Origin: Deltaproteobacteria bacterium | Lineage (GTDB): Bacteria > Desulfobacterota > Desulfobaccia > Desulfobaccales > 0-14-0-80-60-11 | NCBI GenBank assembly: GCA_016874975.1 | Contig: VGSQ01000003.1 | Location: forward strand, 1-62,568 | DNA length: 62,568 bases | Direction: 5' to 3' | In this document: in pieces, positions 38,724-48,444 of the stretch | Layout: each line of letters starts with the position of its first letter | Numbering within the stretch: position 1 is the stretch's first letter | Position numbers and translations under genes: made by a program | Notes under the pieces: generated by a model | The model's input: the letters and a program-made list of their open reading frames with translations, nothing else | Databases searched by the model: none | Told to the model about the DNA's origin: nothing

Positions 38724-39884
38724 TTAGGCCACCAGGGCCGCCACTTTGCGGGCCGCGTCCTGCATGTCCGCGGCCACGGTGAAGGTGAGGCCCGAGTCGT
38801 TGAGCAGGCGCCGTCCTTCCTCCACGTTGGTGCCCTCCAGGCGGACGATGACGGGCACCTGGACCTGCACCTCCCGGACGGCCTGGATGACGCCCTCGGC
38901 CAGGCGGTCGCAGCGCAGGATGCCGCCGAAGATGTTGATGAGTACTCCCTTGACCCGGGGGTCCGAGAGGATGATGCGGAAGCCGTTGGCCACCATCTCG
39001 GCGCTGGCGCCGCCGCCCACGTCCAGGAAGTTGGCCGGCTCCGCGCCCGCGGCCTTGATGAGGTCCATGGTGGCCATGGCCAGGCCGGCGCCGTTCACCA
39101 TGGCGCCCACGTTGCCCGACAGGCGGATGTAGTTCAGGTGGTGCTTCTTGGCTTCGTGCTCCAGGGGGTCCATCTCGTCGGGGTCGTCCAGGGCGGCCAG
39201 ATCGTGGTGCCGGAACAGGGCGTTGTCGTCCAGGTTGAGCTTGGCGTCCAGGGCCAGCAGGCGGCCGTCCTTGGTGAGCACCAGGGGGTTGATCTCGGCC
39301 AGGGAGCAGTCCAGGGCCACAAAGAGGCGGTAGAGGCTCTGGATGAAGCCCACCGCGGGCCGCAGGAGCGCAGGGTCCAGCTCCACCCCGAAGGCCAGGT
39401 TGCGGGCCTGGAAGGGCATGAGCCCCAGGGCCGGGTCCACCACTTCCTTAATGATGAGCTCAGGGGTTGTGGCCGCCACTTCCTCGATGTCCATGCCCCC
39501 GGCCTTGCTCATCATGATGACGGGGCGGGCCAGGCTGCGGTCCACCACGATGCCGAGGTACAGCTCCTGGGCGATGTCCTGGGCCTGCTCCACCAGGACC
39601 TTCTGCACCAGGCGGCCTTCGGGGCCGGTCTGGGGCGTGACCAGGGTCATGCCGATGATCTGGCCGGCGACCGCCTCCACCTCGTCCGGCGTGGCCGCGG
39701 TTTTGATGCCGCCGCCCTTGCCCCGGCCGCCGGCGTGGATCTGGGCCTTGACCACAAAGGGCCCCTGCTCCAGGGTTTCGGCCACTTGCCGGGCCTCCCG
39801 GGGGGTTTCGGCCACCCCGCCCGCGGGCGTGGGCGCCTTGAATTTCTGGAGCAGCTCCTTGGCCTGGTATTCGTGTATCTTCAT
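38724..39884 (-). CDS. sucC: Succinyl-CoA synthetase beta subunit (ADP-forming)
   Basis: MKIHEYQAKELLQKF..., ATP-grasp, GGRGKGGGIK, 386 aa. Confidence 0.97.
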   Translation of the reverse strand: MKIHEYQAKELLQKFKAPTPAGGVAETPREARQVAETLEQGPFVVKAQIHAGGRGKGGGIKTAATPDEVEAVAGQIIGMTLVTPQTGPEGRLVQKVLVEQAQDIAQELYLGIVVDRSLARPVIMMSKAGGMDIEEVAATTPELIIKEVVDPALGLMPFQARNLAFGVELDPALLRPAVGFIQSLYRLFVALDCSLAEINPLVLTKDGRLLALDAKLNLDDNALFRHHDLAALDDPDEMDPLEHEAKKHHLNYIRLSGNVGAMVNGAGLAMATMDLIKAAGAEPANFLDVGGGASAEMVANGFRIILSDPRVKGVLINIFGGILRCDRLAEGVIQAVREVQVQVPVIVRLEGTNVEEGRRLLNDSGLTFTVAADMQDAARKVAALVA

Positions 39885-40195
39885 GGATGCAACCTTTCAT
39901 GATGATTTGTTGAGAGGGAGGGGGCCAGGGGCCCTGTGGCCCTGTGGCGCCAACTCATCAATAAGCCGTTTGATATTATAACAATTTGCTATCACTAAGA
40001 AATCCCCCTCAATCCCCCTTTTTCAAAGGGGGACTTTCAGTTGTCAACCACGTGTTCCCCCCTTTGGAAAAGGGGGTTAAGGGGGGATTTATCTTATTCC
40101 ATCGGCAGGTTACCTTGAACGTAGCCACTGCTTTCTGGAGTCGGCAACATGGGGCATTAGACCCTCGCTCTCTGCGCCGATCATTCTCTTACCTA

Positions 40196-41686
40196 TCACA
40201 CATAGCCCAACTCTTCCAGCCGTCGGCGGATTTCCTCCTGCTCCCCGTGGGTGGCCTCTCCCTGGTCCGGGTCGGTTCCCGCTCCCGGCGGCCCTACCAG
40301 CCCGTGCAGGGTGGCCGTCAGGTCCCGGAGCCGCTGCTCATGCTCCGGCGCGGCCGCCAGGTCCCGGGTTTCCCCGGCGTCGAGGCTCAGTTCATAGAGC
40401 TCCCGGCGGCCGTCCCCCCATTCGATGAGCTTCCAGAGGTCCCGGTCCACCAGGGCGCGGCAGGGTTGCATCTCCGGCCTGGGTGCAAAGTCGGGCGCCC
40501 GGGCCCGCAAGGCCATGAGCCCCACCGCGGGATTGGGGTAATCCGCCAGGGCCCAGGCCCGGGCAGGCCCCAGCAGGGAGCGGGAGCCGGCGGGCAGGGG
40601 TCCTCCAGCCCCGGCCACCTCCAGGATGGTGGCATAAAGATCGTGCAGTTGCACCGGCGCGGCCACCTCACCCTGCAGGTTGAGCCGCCGGGGATAGCGG
40701 ACCACCAGGGGAATGTGCAGCACCTCATTGTAAAGCCCGAAATAATGGCCCCAATGGCCGTGCTCCCCCAGGGATTCGCCGTGGTCCGCGGTGACGATGA
40801 AGAGGGTGTCGTCGGCCACCCCCAGGTCCTCCAGTTGCCGGTAAAGACCCAGGATGAGCTCGTCCAGGTAGGCCAGCTCCTCCTCATAGAGGAGGGCCAG
40901 CTTTTCCAGCTGTTCGGCGGAGACGCCCGTCAGGTAATAGTCGAAGGGATTGAGGGCCAGCAGGGCCTCCCGCTCCTGGGGGCTGAGGCGGATGAAGCGC
41001 TCCCGGCCCTGGGGGGGGTTGTAGCGCCAGTGGGTCTCCATCAGGTTCATGAAAATAAACAGCGGCCGGCGATTCCGGTGGCGGGCCAGGAGGCGGGCGG
41101 CGATCTTCAGACTTTTTCTCGTCACCGGCGCGGAATTGTGAAAAATATTGACCCGGTGCTTGCGGTACCAGCGGTCCAGGACGTTCTGCAGGGGAAAGGC
41201 GAAGGAGCGGCGGCGCCAGACATAGCCCAGGGTGAGGCGGAGCCTGGCCCACTCCGAATCCGCGGCCCGGATCAGGTCCCGCACCGCGGCCCGGTCCTGC
41301 TGGTAGCGCTCCGAGGTGAACAGGGTGTCCATCTCGTAGAAGACGTTGAAGCCGGTCTGGAAGCTCACCAGCCCGTTGCTGGAGATGGCCGCGGTGTGGT
41401 AGCCCAGACGGCGCAGGGCCTCGGGAAGCGGCACGGCCCCCTCGGGGAGACGGGCGGATTTCTCATCGCACCTGTGCTCGCCGGGGTAGAGGCCGGAAAA
41501 GAGACTGGCGTGGGCCGGGATGGTCCAGGGCGCGGGGGTGTAACAGTGGCGGTAGAGCACCCCGCCGTCCGCCAGGCGGGTCAGGCCGGGGGTGGTGTCC
41601 CGTCGGTGCCCGTAAGTGGAGCAGCGCCCGGCGGCTACCGAGTCCATGACGATGAGGACGATGTGGGGCTGCTTCCGGTCCGGCAT
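40196..41686 (-). CDS. Sulfatase-family (alkaline-phosphatase superfamily) hydrolase/transferase
   Basis: HIVLIVMDS metal site. The nucleophile segment reads PWTIPAHASLFSG where sulfatases have C/S-x-P-x-R. Start set to ATG 41686 (RBS AAGGA). The ORF extends to 41701. Confidence 0.8.
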   Translation of the reverse strand: MPDRKQPHIVLIVMDSVAAGRCSTYGHRRDTTPGLTRLADGGVLYRHCYTPAPWTIPAHASLFSGLYPGEHRCDEKSARLPEGAVPLPEALRRLGYHTAAISSNGLVSFQTGFNVFYEMDTLFTSERYQQDRAAVRDLIRAADSEWARLRLTLGYVWRRRSFAFPLQNVLDRWYRKHRVNIFHNSAPVTRKSLKIAARLLARHRNRRPLFIFMNLMETHWRYNPPQGRERFIRLSPQEREALLALNPFDYYLTGVSAEQLEKLALLYEEELAYLDELILGLYRQLEDLGVADDTLFIVTADHGESLGEHGHWGHYFGLYNEVLHIPLVVRYPRRLNLQGEVAAPVQLHDLYATILEVAGAGGPLPAGSRSLLGPARAWALADYPNPAVGLMALRARAPDFAPRPEMQPCRALVDRDLWKLIEWGDGRRELYELSLDAGETRDLAAAPEHEQRLRDLTATLHGLVGPPGAGTDPDQGEATHGEQEEIRRRLEELGYV

Positions 41687-41708
41687 GGGCATCCTTGACA
41701 AAAAAAAA

Positions 41709-42488
41709 TCACTTCAACCGCGCCACGATGCGGCTGATCTCCCGGCAGCGCCCTGCAAGGTCCAAATTGATGACCACCGCCTGGAGTTGGACGTCCTGGC
41801 TGGCCACTTTAAAGGGCTGGGGCAGTTGGGTGAGGAAGCGCTGCAGGATCACCTCCGTCTTCATGCCGATGACCGAGTCGACGGGGCCGGTCATGCCCAC
41901 GTCGGTGATGTACCCCGTGCCCCGGGGCAGCACCCGGGCATCCGCGGTCTGCACATGGGTGTGAGTGCCGATGACGGCGCTGACCCGGCCGTCCAGGTAC
42001 CAGCCCATGGCCAGCTTTTCGCTGGTGGCTTCGGCGTGCATGTCCACCACCACGGCCCGGACCTCCGCGGGCAGGGAGGCCAGCACCTGGTCCACGGTGC
42101 GGAAGGGACACTCCAGCGGGTTCATGAAGACCCGGCCTTCCAGGTTGACCACCGCCGCCTTTTGCCCCACCGCGGTCTCCACCACGGTCCAGCCCCGGCC
42201 CGGAGTGCCGGGAGGGTAGTTGGCGGGCCGCAACAACCGGTCGGTGTCTTCCAGATAGGGGATGATCTCTTTGTGCTTCCAGATGTGGTTGCCGCTGGTG
42301 AGGACGTCCACCCCCATCGCCAGGAGCTGCTCCGCCACCGGGGGGGTGATGCCCACGCCCCCGGCGGCGTTCTCACCGTTGGCCACCACCAGGTCGATGG
42401 CGTGCTGGTCCACCAGCCGGGGCAGGAGTTCCTCCACCGCGCGCCGCCCCGGAGACCCGACGATGTCGCCGATGAAGAGGATATTCAT
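41709..42488 (-). CDS. ymdB: YmdB-family metallophosphoesterase (2',3'-cyclic-nucleotide phosphodiesterase)
   Basis: MNILFIGDIVGSPGR...VVANGENAAGG. Directly downstream of rny, as in Bacillus. Confidence 0.9.
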   Translation of the reverse strand: MNILFIGDIVGSPGRRAVEELLPRLVDQHAIDLVVANGENAAGGVGITPPVAEQLLAMGVDVLTSGNHIWKHKEIIPYLEDTDRLLRPANYPPGTPGRGWTVVETAVGQKAAVVNLEGRVFMNPLECPFRTVDQVLASLPAEVRAVVVDMHAEATSEKLAMGWYLDGRVSAVIGTHTHVQTADARVLPRGTGYITDVGMTGPVDSVIGMKTEVILQRFLTQLPQPFKVASQDVQLQAVVINLDLAGRCREISRIVARLK

Positions 42489-42496
42489 GGCTGCGC

Positions 42497-44059
42497 CTAG
42501 CGGGCGAATTCCACCGCCCGGGTCTCCCGGATGACGGTCACCTTGATCTGGCCCGGATAGGTGAGCTCGGCCTCGATCTTCTTGGCCACGTCCCGGCTGA
42601 TCAGGGTCGCCTCCTCATCGGTCACCTTGTCGCTTTCGACGATGAGGCGGATTTCCCGCCCCGCCTGGATGGCGTAGGACTTGCTGATGCCGTTGAAGGA
42701 GCGGGCGATCTTCTCCAGGTTTTCCAGGCGCTTGATGTAGGTTTCCAGCATCTCCCGGCGGGCGCCGGGCCGGGCCCCGGAGAGGGTGTCGGCCGCCTGC
42801 ACCAGGACCGCCAGGATGGTGTCCACGGGGATGTCGTCGTGATGGGCGGCGATGGCCTGCACCACCTTGGGCGATTCGCCGAAGCGCTTGGCCAGGTCCG
42901 CGCCGATGAGGGCGTGCACCCCTTCGGCCTCGTGGTCCACCGCCTTGCCGATGTCGTGCAGGAGGCCGGCCCGGCGGGCCTGCTTTTCGTTGAGGCCCAG
43001 CTCCGCGGCCATGATGCCGCAGAGATAGCAGACCTCCAGGGAGTGCTGGAGGACGTTCTGACCGTAGCTGGTGCGGTATTTCAGTTTGCCCAGGAGCTTA
43101 ATGAGGTCATGATGCAGGCCGTGCACCCCGGCGTCGAAGGCGGCCTCTTCGCCGGCTTCCCGGATGCCGGCCTCCATCTCCTGGGTGACCTTGTCGACGA
43201 TCTCCTCAATGCGCCCCGGGTGGATGCGGCCGTCGGTGATGAGCCGGTCCAGGCTGCGCCGGGCGATCTCCCGGCGGATGGGGTTGAAGGCGGACAGGAT
43301 CACCGCCTCGGGGGTGTCATCGATGATGATGTCCACCCCGGTGGCGGCCTCCAGGGCCCGGATGTTCCGCCCTTCCCGGCCGATGATGCGCCCTTTCATC
43401 TCCTCGTTGGGCAGGGGCACCACCGACACCGACTGCTCGGCCACGTAGTCGCTGGCGTAGCGCTTAATGGCCAGGGAGATGATCTCCTTGGCCTTGCGGT
43501 CGGCCATTTCCCGGGCCTCGGTGTCGACGCGCTTCACCAGCCGGGCGGCTTCGGCCCGGACTTCCCGCTCCATGTTCTTGAGGAGCAGGTCCTTGGCCTC
43601 CGCGGCGCTCATGCCCGCCAACTCTTCCAACCGGGCGCTCTGTTCGGCCACCAGTTTCTGGTAGTGGTCCTGTTTGTCGGCCAGGTCCTTTTCCTGCCGC
43701 TCCAGACCTTTCAGCCGTTTGGTGAGCTCCAGCTCCCGCTCGTCCAGGAGGGTGCTCTTTTTTTCCAGGTTTTCTTCTTTCTGCAACAGGCGCCGTTCCA
43801 CCAGGTTGATTTCCTGGCGGCGCTCCTGGGTCTCCTTTTCAAAGTCCAGCTTCATCTGATAAAGCTGGTCCTTGGCCTGGAGACGGGTCTCTTTCTTGAG
43901 GTTGTCTGCTTCCCTGCGGGCGTCCTCCAGAATCTTCTTCCCCAGGGCCTCCAGGGAGGCGACGTGGGAATCCATGAGGTACTTGCGGTAGAAAAAGCCC
44001 GCCAGGAAGCCGACGCCCAGGATGAGAGCGCTGATAAAGATATAAAGCAATATATACAT
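42497..44059 (-). CDS. rny: Ribonuclease Y
   Basis: N-terminal TM, long coiled coil, KH ([13 protein letters not shown]) and HD (LLHDIGKA) domains, 520 aa. Confidence 0.96.
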   Translation of the reverse strand: MYILLYIFISALILGVGFLAGFFYRKYLMDSHVASLEALGKKILEDARREADNLKKETRLQAKDQLYQMKLDFEKETQERRQEINLVERRLLQKEENLEKKSTLLDERELELTKRLKGLERQEKDLADKQDHYQKLVAEQSARLEELAGMSAAEAKDLLLKNMEREVRAEAARLVKRVDTEAREMADRKAKEIISLAIKRYASDYVAEQSVSVVPLPNEEMKGRIIGREGRNIRALEAATGVDIIIDDTPEAVILSAFNPIRREIARRSLDRLITDGRIHPGRIEEIVDKVTQEMEAGIREAGEEAAFDAGVHGLHHDLIKLLGKLKYRTSYGQNVLQHSLEVCYLCGIMAAELGLNEKQARRAGLLHDIGKAVDHEAEGVHALIGADLAKRFGESPKVVQAIAAHHDDIPVDTILAVLVQAADTLSGARPGARREMLETYIKRLENLEKIARSFNGISKSYAIQAGREIRLIVESDKVTDEEATLISRDVAKKIEAELTYPGQIKVTVIRETRAVEFAR

Positions 44060-44484
44060 GGGGGATGCCCCTCGTCTCCTGGTATATCCGGGAGCCGGCG
44101 TCCTGACTCAGGACGCGCCCCGGCTGCGGCAACCTGGGAGAATTGCGAGGCAGGTGCAGGATGGCGTCGGCTGGGAAAAGTCGGGGAAGGTCAGGGGCGC
44201 TTCAGGATGCGGCGTCCGGGGATGGACGCACGCCTGAAGCCACCCGGTCTTACCAGCAAGGCATCTGTCTTTTTCATCCCCCCTTTCCTGGCATAATCGG
44301 TCAAGTGCGGAGCCCGGGGTGCGGCTGCCGACTCAATCCCTTTATTGCTGACCGCGGCGGCCCGGGGGACCGCCCGGATTATTTCCTGGAGTTTCCCAAA
44401 CTCTCCCCGCGCTGCTGGCCCCTGCTGCCTCATCCTCCCGGATTTAGTAATCAGACATCCATGTGGGCCGCCGCCCTCCGGACG

Positions 44485-44793
44485 TTAAGGACCGGGGGGG
44501 CTGACGGAGCTGTGCACCTCCAGTCGTTGGAGGAGCTGCCGAGAACGGGCTTCGATCTCGGCCCGGTATCTGTGGTGGTCCTCCTTGGTCTCCATGGATT
44601 CCAGGGCCAGGTTGAGAGCGGCCAGAATGGCCAGTTCGGCCAGGGGACTGGCGGGAAAGGCCTGCTGCAGTTCCTTGAGCTGTGCGTCCACCACCTGGGC
44701 CACGGCCGCCAAACGGTCCCGTCCCATATTGGTGACAAGATTGAGGGGCCGTCCCAGGATTTCCACCACCACGGGCTTGGTTTCCGGTTCCAA
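44485..44793 (-). CDS. zapA: Cell division protein ZapA
   Basis: VVVEILGRPLNLVTN..., LAILAALNLA, coiled-coil tail. Confidence 0.88.
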   Translation of the reverse strand: MEPETKPVVVEILGRPLNLVTNMGRDRLAAVAQVVDAQLKELQQAFPASPLAELAILAALNLALESMETKEDHHRYRAEIEARSRQLLQRLEVHSSVSPPGP

Positions 44794-44795
44794 TC

Positions 44796-45050
44796 CTAAA
44801 CCGTCTCTCCCAGATCAAGAATTTTCAGGCGATCGAGGATCTTGTCGATCCTTTGGCGAATGGCTTCGCGCTCCCGGGTGACCTTTTCCACCGTGGCCTC
44901 GGCCTCCTGCAATCGGGGCGCCATCTCGGCCAGCACCTGCTCCCGTTGGGCCAGGGCCTGTTTGAGTTCGGCGTTGGCCCTCTGCAGACCCTCCATCTGG
45001 TGGAGCACCATCTCCAGCTTCTGTTCCAGCACGGTGAACAGGTCCATCAA
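44796..45050 (-). CDS. zapB: ZapB-like coiled-coil cell division protein
   Basis: 84-aa all-helical protein, MMDLFTVLEQKLEMVL.... Lies 2 nt upstream of zapA. Confidence 0.65.
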   Translation of the reverse strand: MMDLFTVLEQKLEMVLHQMEGLQRANAELKQALAQREQVLAEMAPRLQEAEATVEKVTREREAIRQRIDKILDRLKILDLGETV

Positions 45051-45103
45051 CAGCAGGTCCCCCCAGGGTTTCTTTTAGATTGTGCTCTTGGGAGAGCCGA
45101 TTG

Positions 45104-47332
45104 TCAAGCACTTTTCCGGGGTCGTCCGGGGGGCAGGGCCGCTTGCAGCCGGGTAGCCAGATGGGTGTACCGCCGCACCGGCCGGTCGTTGGCCAGAGCC
45201 AGGCCCACGGCCTTCTTGCTGCCCATGAGCACCACCAGGCGGCGGCCCCGGGTGATGGCGGTGTACAAGAGGTTCCTTTGCAGCAGCAGATAATGCTGGG
45301 TGGTGAGCACCAGCACCACCGCGGGGAATTCGCTCCCCTGGGCCTTGTGCACGCTCACCGCATAGGCCAGGGTGAGTTCGTCCTGCTCGCCCGTCTCATA
45401 GGAGACCACCCGGCCGTCAAAATCCACCTGGAGCACCCGGCTGTCCGGGAAGAAGCCCCGCACCCGGCCGATGTCGCCGTTGAACACCTCTTTGGCGTAG
45501 TTGTTGCGGAGCTGCATCACCTTGTCGCCCCGGCGGAAGTGCCGCCCGCCCCAGGCGTAGGCGGGGCCGTGCGGGTTGAGGCAACGCTGCAGCTCGGCGT
45601 TGAGGGTCTGGGTGCCCAGCCGGCCCCGGTGCATGGGGGTGATCACCTGGATGTCCCGCACCGGGTCCAGGCCGTAGCGCTGGGGCAGGTACTGCGCCAC
45701 CAGGCTGAGCAGCCGCTGGTGCAGGGGCTCCGGGTCGTCGAAGGGCAGAAAGACGAAGTCCCGGCCCTCGAAGCGGGGGGAGAGCACCGGAAAGGCCCCC
45801 TGGTTGACGCGGTGGGCGTTGACGATGATGAGGCTCTCCCGGGCCTGGCGGAAGATCTGGGTGAGGCGCACCGTGGGCACGGCCTGGGAGTCGATGAGGT
45901 CCTTGAGCACGTTGCCCGGCCCCACCGCCGGCAACTGGTGCGCGTCCCCCACCATGACCAGGCGGGCCGGGGCGGGAATGGCCCGCAGCAGGTGGTACAT
46001 GAGGTAGACGTCCACCATGGACATTTCGTCCACCACCACCACGTCGGCCTTCAAGGGGTCGGCCAGATTGCGCCGGAAGCCGCCCTCCTGGGGGGAGAAC
46101 TCCAGGGCCCGGTGAATGGTGGCCGCCTCCGCGCCGGTGGCTTCGCTCAGGCGCTTGGCGGCCCGGCCGGTGGGGGCCATGAGCATCACCCGGGCGCCCA
46201 ACTGCCGGTACAGGGCCAGGATGCAACTGACGATGGTGGTCTTGCCGGTGCCCGGCCCGCCGGTGATGATGAGGAGTTTGTCCCGGAAAGATTGGGCCAC
46301 CGCGTCGGTCTGCTCCGCGGTCAGGACGAGGCCCAGGCGCTGCTGGACCCGGTCCAGCAGGTCCTCCAGGTGGAGCGGGGCCGGCGGGGCGGGCGTGGTC
46401 AGGAGCCGGGCCAGGGCCTGAGCCACCCCCGTTTCCGCCACCCAGGCGGGCTTGCGGTAGACCACCCGGCCGCCGGGCAGGTCCTGGAGCACCACCCGGC
46501 CTTCCCGTTCCAGGGCGCCCAGGGCCGCAACCAGGGGCTCCCGGGGCGTCTGCAGCAGCTCCCGGGCCTTGCCGAACAGTTCCTCCTCGGGAACATAGAC
46601 GTGGCCGTCGGCGCTCACGCCCTCCAGCACGTGCAGCAGTCCGGCCAGCAGGCGGGCCGGGGCCAGGGGGTTGAGGTTGAGGCGGGCGGCCAGACGGTCG
46701 GCGCTGACAAAGCCCAGTCCCTGAATGTCCAGGGCCAACTGGTAGGGGTTGGTGGTCACCACCTCCAGAGCCCGGCTGCCGTACTGGCGGTAGATTTTGA
46801 AGGCGTGGGCCAGGCCCACCCCCAGGCCCTGGAGGCCCACCAGCACCTCCCGGGCCTCCTGGTGGTCCCGCCAGTCGGCCAGGAGCTGCTGCACCTTCTT
46901 GTCGCCGATGCCCGGCACCTCTTTCAGGCGTTCCGGGGTTTCGTCGATGATCTTGAGGGTCTCGGTCCCGAACCGCTTGACCAGGCGGCGGGCCAGCTCC
47001 GGGCCGATGCCCTTGACCAGCCCCGAGGCCAGGTAGCGCTCAATGCCGGCCACGGTGGTGGGCAGCACCGCATACCACCAGATCACCTTGAACTGCTGGC
47101 CGAAGCGGGGGTGGACCTCGTAGCGGCCCTTGAGGTGCACCTCCTCCCCCTCCCGGGCCGTGGCCAGGGGACCCACCGCGGTGACCTCCTGCCGCCGGCC
47201 GTGCACCCTTAGACGCACCACGGCGTAGTGGTCCTCCGGGGCGGCGAAGGTGATGCGCTCCACCACCCCCTCCAGGACCTCCAGGCCCGCGTCGGTGGTT
47301 TCCAGATCAGGTGTGGGGGGTGCTTTGGCCAT
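45104..47332 (-). CDS. recD2: RecD2-type SF1B ATP-dependent DNA helicase
   Basis: 742 aa. N-terminal OB/HhH region, Walker A ITGGPGTGKTT, VVVDEMSMV, C-terminal SH3/2B, VHKAQGSEF. Confidence 0.93.
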   Translation of the reverse strand: MAKAPPTPDLETTDAGLEVLEGVVERITFAAPEDHYAVVRLRVHGRRQEVTAVGPLATAREGEEVHLKGRYEVHPRFGQQFKVIWWYAVLPTTVAGIERYLASGLVKGIGPELARRLVKRFGTETLKIIDETPERLKEVPGIGDKKVQQLLADWRDHQEAREVLVGLQGLGVGLAHAFKIYRQYGSRALEVVTTNPYQLALDIQGLGFVSADRLAARLNLNPLAPARLLAGLLHVLEGVSADGHVYVPEEELFGKARELLQTPREPLVAALGALEREGRVVLQDLPGGRVVYRKPAWVAETGVAQALARLLTTPAPPAPLHLEDLLDRVQQRLGLVLTAEQTDAVAQSFRDKLLIITGGPGTGKTTIVSCILALYRQLGARVMLMAPTGRAAKRLSEATGAEAATIHRALEFSPQEGGFRRNLADPLKADVVVVDEMSMVDVYLMYHLLRAIPAPARLVMVGDAHQLPAVGPGNVLKDLIDSQAVPTVRLTQIFRQARESLIIVNAHRVNQGAFPVLSPRFEGRDFVFLPFDDPEPLHQRLLSLVAQYLPQRYGLDPVRDIQVITPMHRGRLGTQTLNAELQRCLNPHGPAYAWGGRHFRRGDKVMQLRNNYAKEVFNGDIGRVRGFFPDSRVLQVDFDGRVVSYETGEQDELTLAYAVSVHKAQGSEFPAVVLVLTTQHYLLLQRNLLYTAITRGRRLVVLMGSKKAVGLALANDRPVRRYTHLATRLQAALPPGRPRKSA

Positions 47333-47502
47333 GTTCAGGGGGAGGCGCGGTGGGGGAGGGGGCCGGGGGCCCCAGGCCCCTCCCCCTCAAGAACCTTGTC
47401 ATGTTTTCGGGTTAGCCGCAGGTTCATGCGTAACCGCCCAGTATGCCGTTTCAAAAAATGGGAAAGGTATTCATGAGAGAGGACCGGACAAGAAAGATAA
47501 TT

Positions 47503-47610
47503 CCCCCTCACCCTGACCCTCTCCCCCATTGGGGGAGAGGGGAGATACTCTGCCTGGCGATATTTCTCCCTCTCCCCCCTGACGGGGGGAGAGGGCTGGG
47601 GTGAGGGGGG
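47503..47610. repeat. Composite palindromic element built from two CCCTCTCCCCC/GGGGGAGAGGG hairpins and inverted outer arms
   Basis: An 11-bp stem at 47517-47541 and a 12-bp stem at 47568-47595. Outer arms are CCCCCTCACCC and GGGTGAGGGGG. Single units at 22227-22267 and 53020-53056. Confidence 0.85.
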
Positions 47611-47644
47611 AGAAAGTGCTTGATGGTATTGCTAAAAATGAAAA

Positions 47645-47893
47645 CTAGGCAACTGGGGAGGTCAGGATTTTCCGGCTGACGCCCCGGCCCAGGGCCACCC
47701 GGCCGCCGTTGACGCCCAGGATGATGAGGCCCCGGTTGTTTTGCAGCACCTCCACTTCCTGTCCCACGTTGAGTCCCAGGGCCACCAGGCGGCCCCGGAG
47801 CATGCGCCCCCCTTCAAAGCCGGCGATGCGCACCCGCCGGCCCGGAGGGACTTCGGCCAGCAGGCGTTCTTGGGTAAATGGATTATCGGTCAT
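47645..47893 (-). CDS. feoA: FeoA-family iron-transport accessory protein
   Basis: 82 aa. RVRIAGFEGG...RLVALGLNVGQEVEVL SH3-like FeoA pattern. Confidence 0.85.
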   Translation of the reverse strand: MTDNPFTQERLLAEVPPGRRVRIAGFEGGRMLRGRLVALGLNVGQEVEVLQNNRGLIILGVNGGRVALGRGVSRKILTSPVA

Positions 47894-47986
47894 GACGCCG
47901 GACCGCTCCTTTCCTAGACAATTCTCTCCACCGGGTTCGACACCGGGACGCCGGGCCTCGGGCTTTCCTTCCCCGGCTCACCAGAT

Positions 47987-48430
47987 TCAATCATCCTGCT
48001 GTTCCGCCTGGCAGGGGGAGCAGTATCCCTTGACTTCCAGTTGCAGGTCGGCGATGCGGTAGCCGTATTGCCGGGCCAGTCTCTCTTGCAACAGAGGGAG
48101 CCCGGGTTCCTCAAATTCCACGATCTGGCCGCAGGAGAGGCAGCGCAGGTGGCAGTGCGGGCCGTGGCCGTAAATGTACTCGTAGTGCCAGTGCCCGTCG
48201 CTGAAGTCCACCTCCCGGATCAGGCCGCAGTCCAGAAAGAGCCGCAGGGCCCGATAGATGGAGGCTTTGGAAACCTTGGCCCCCTTCTGTTTGAGGCGCA
48301 AGTAGAGCCCGTCTACGTCGAAGTGTTCATGGGTTTCGAAGATCTGCTGCAGAATCTCTTCCCGCTCCGGCGTTCTCCTGAGGCCCCGCTGCCGGATATA
48401 CTCGCGGAAAATTTCCAGCTCCGACTTCAT
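47987..48430 (-). CDS. fur: Fur-family transcriptional repressor
   Basis: RRTPEREEILQ..., HHDH-equivalent HGPHCHLRCLSCG and CSPC zinc sites. Confidence 0.93.
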   Translation of the reverse strand: MKSELEIFREYIRQRGLRRTPEREEILQQIFETHEHFDVDGLYLRLKQKGAKVSKASIYRALRLFLDCGLIREVDFSDGHWHYEYIYGHGPHCHLRCLSCGQIVEFEEPGLPLLQERLARQYGYRIADLQLEVKGYCSPCQAEQQDD

Positions 48431-48444
48431 GGGAAGATTCTATC

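Noticed and set aside
44086-44443. 9-bp long-range complementarity (ATCCGGGAG / CTCCCGGAT) that could close a large RNA structure in the zapA-rny spacer
   Set aside because: The pairing does not extend. It would enclose ~360 nt, too long for 6S RNA, and could be coincidental in GC-rich sequence.
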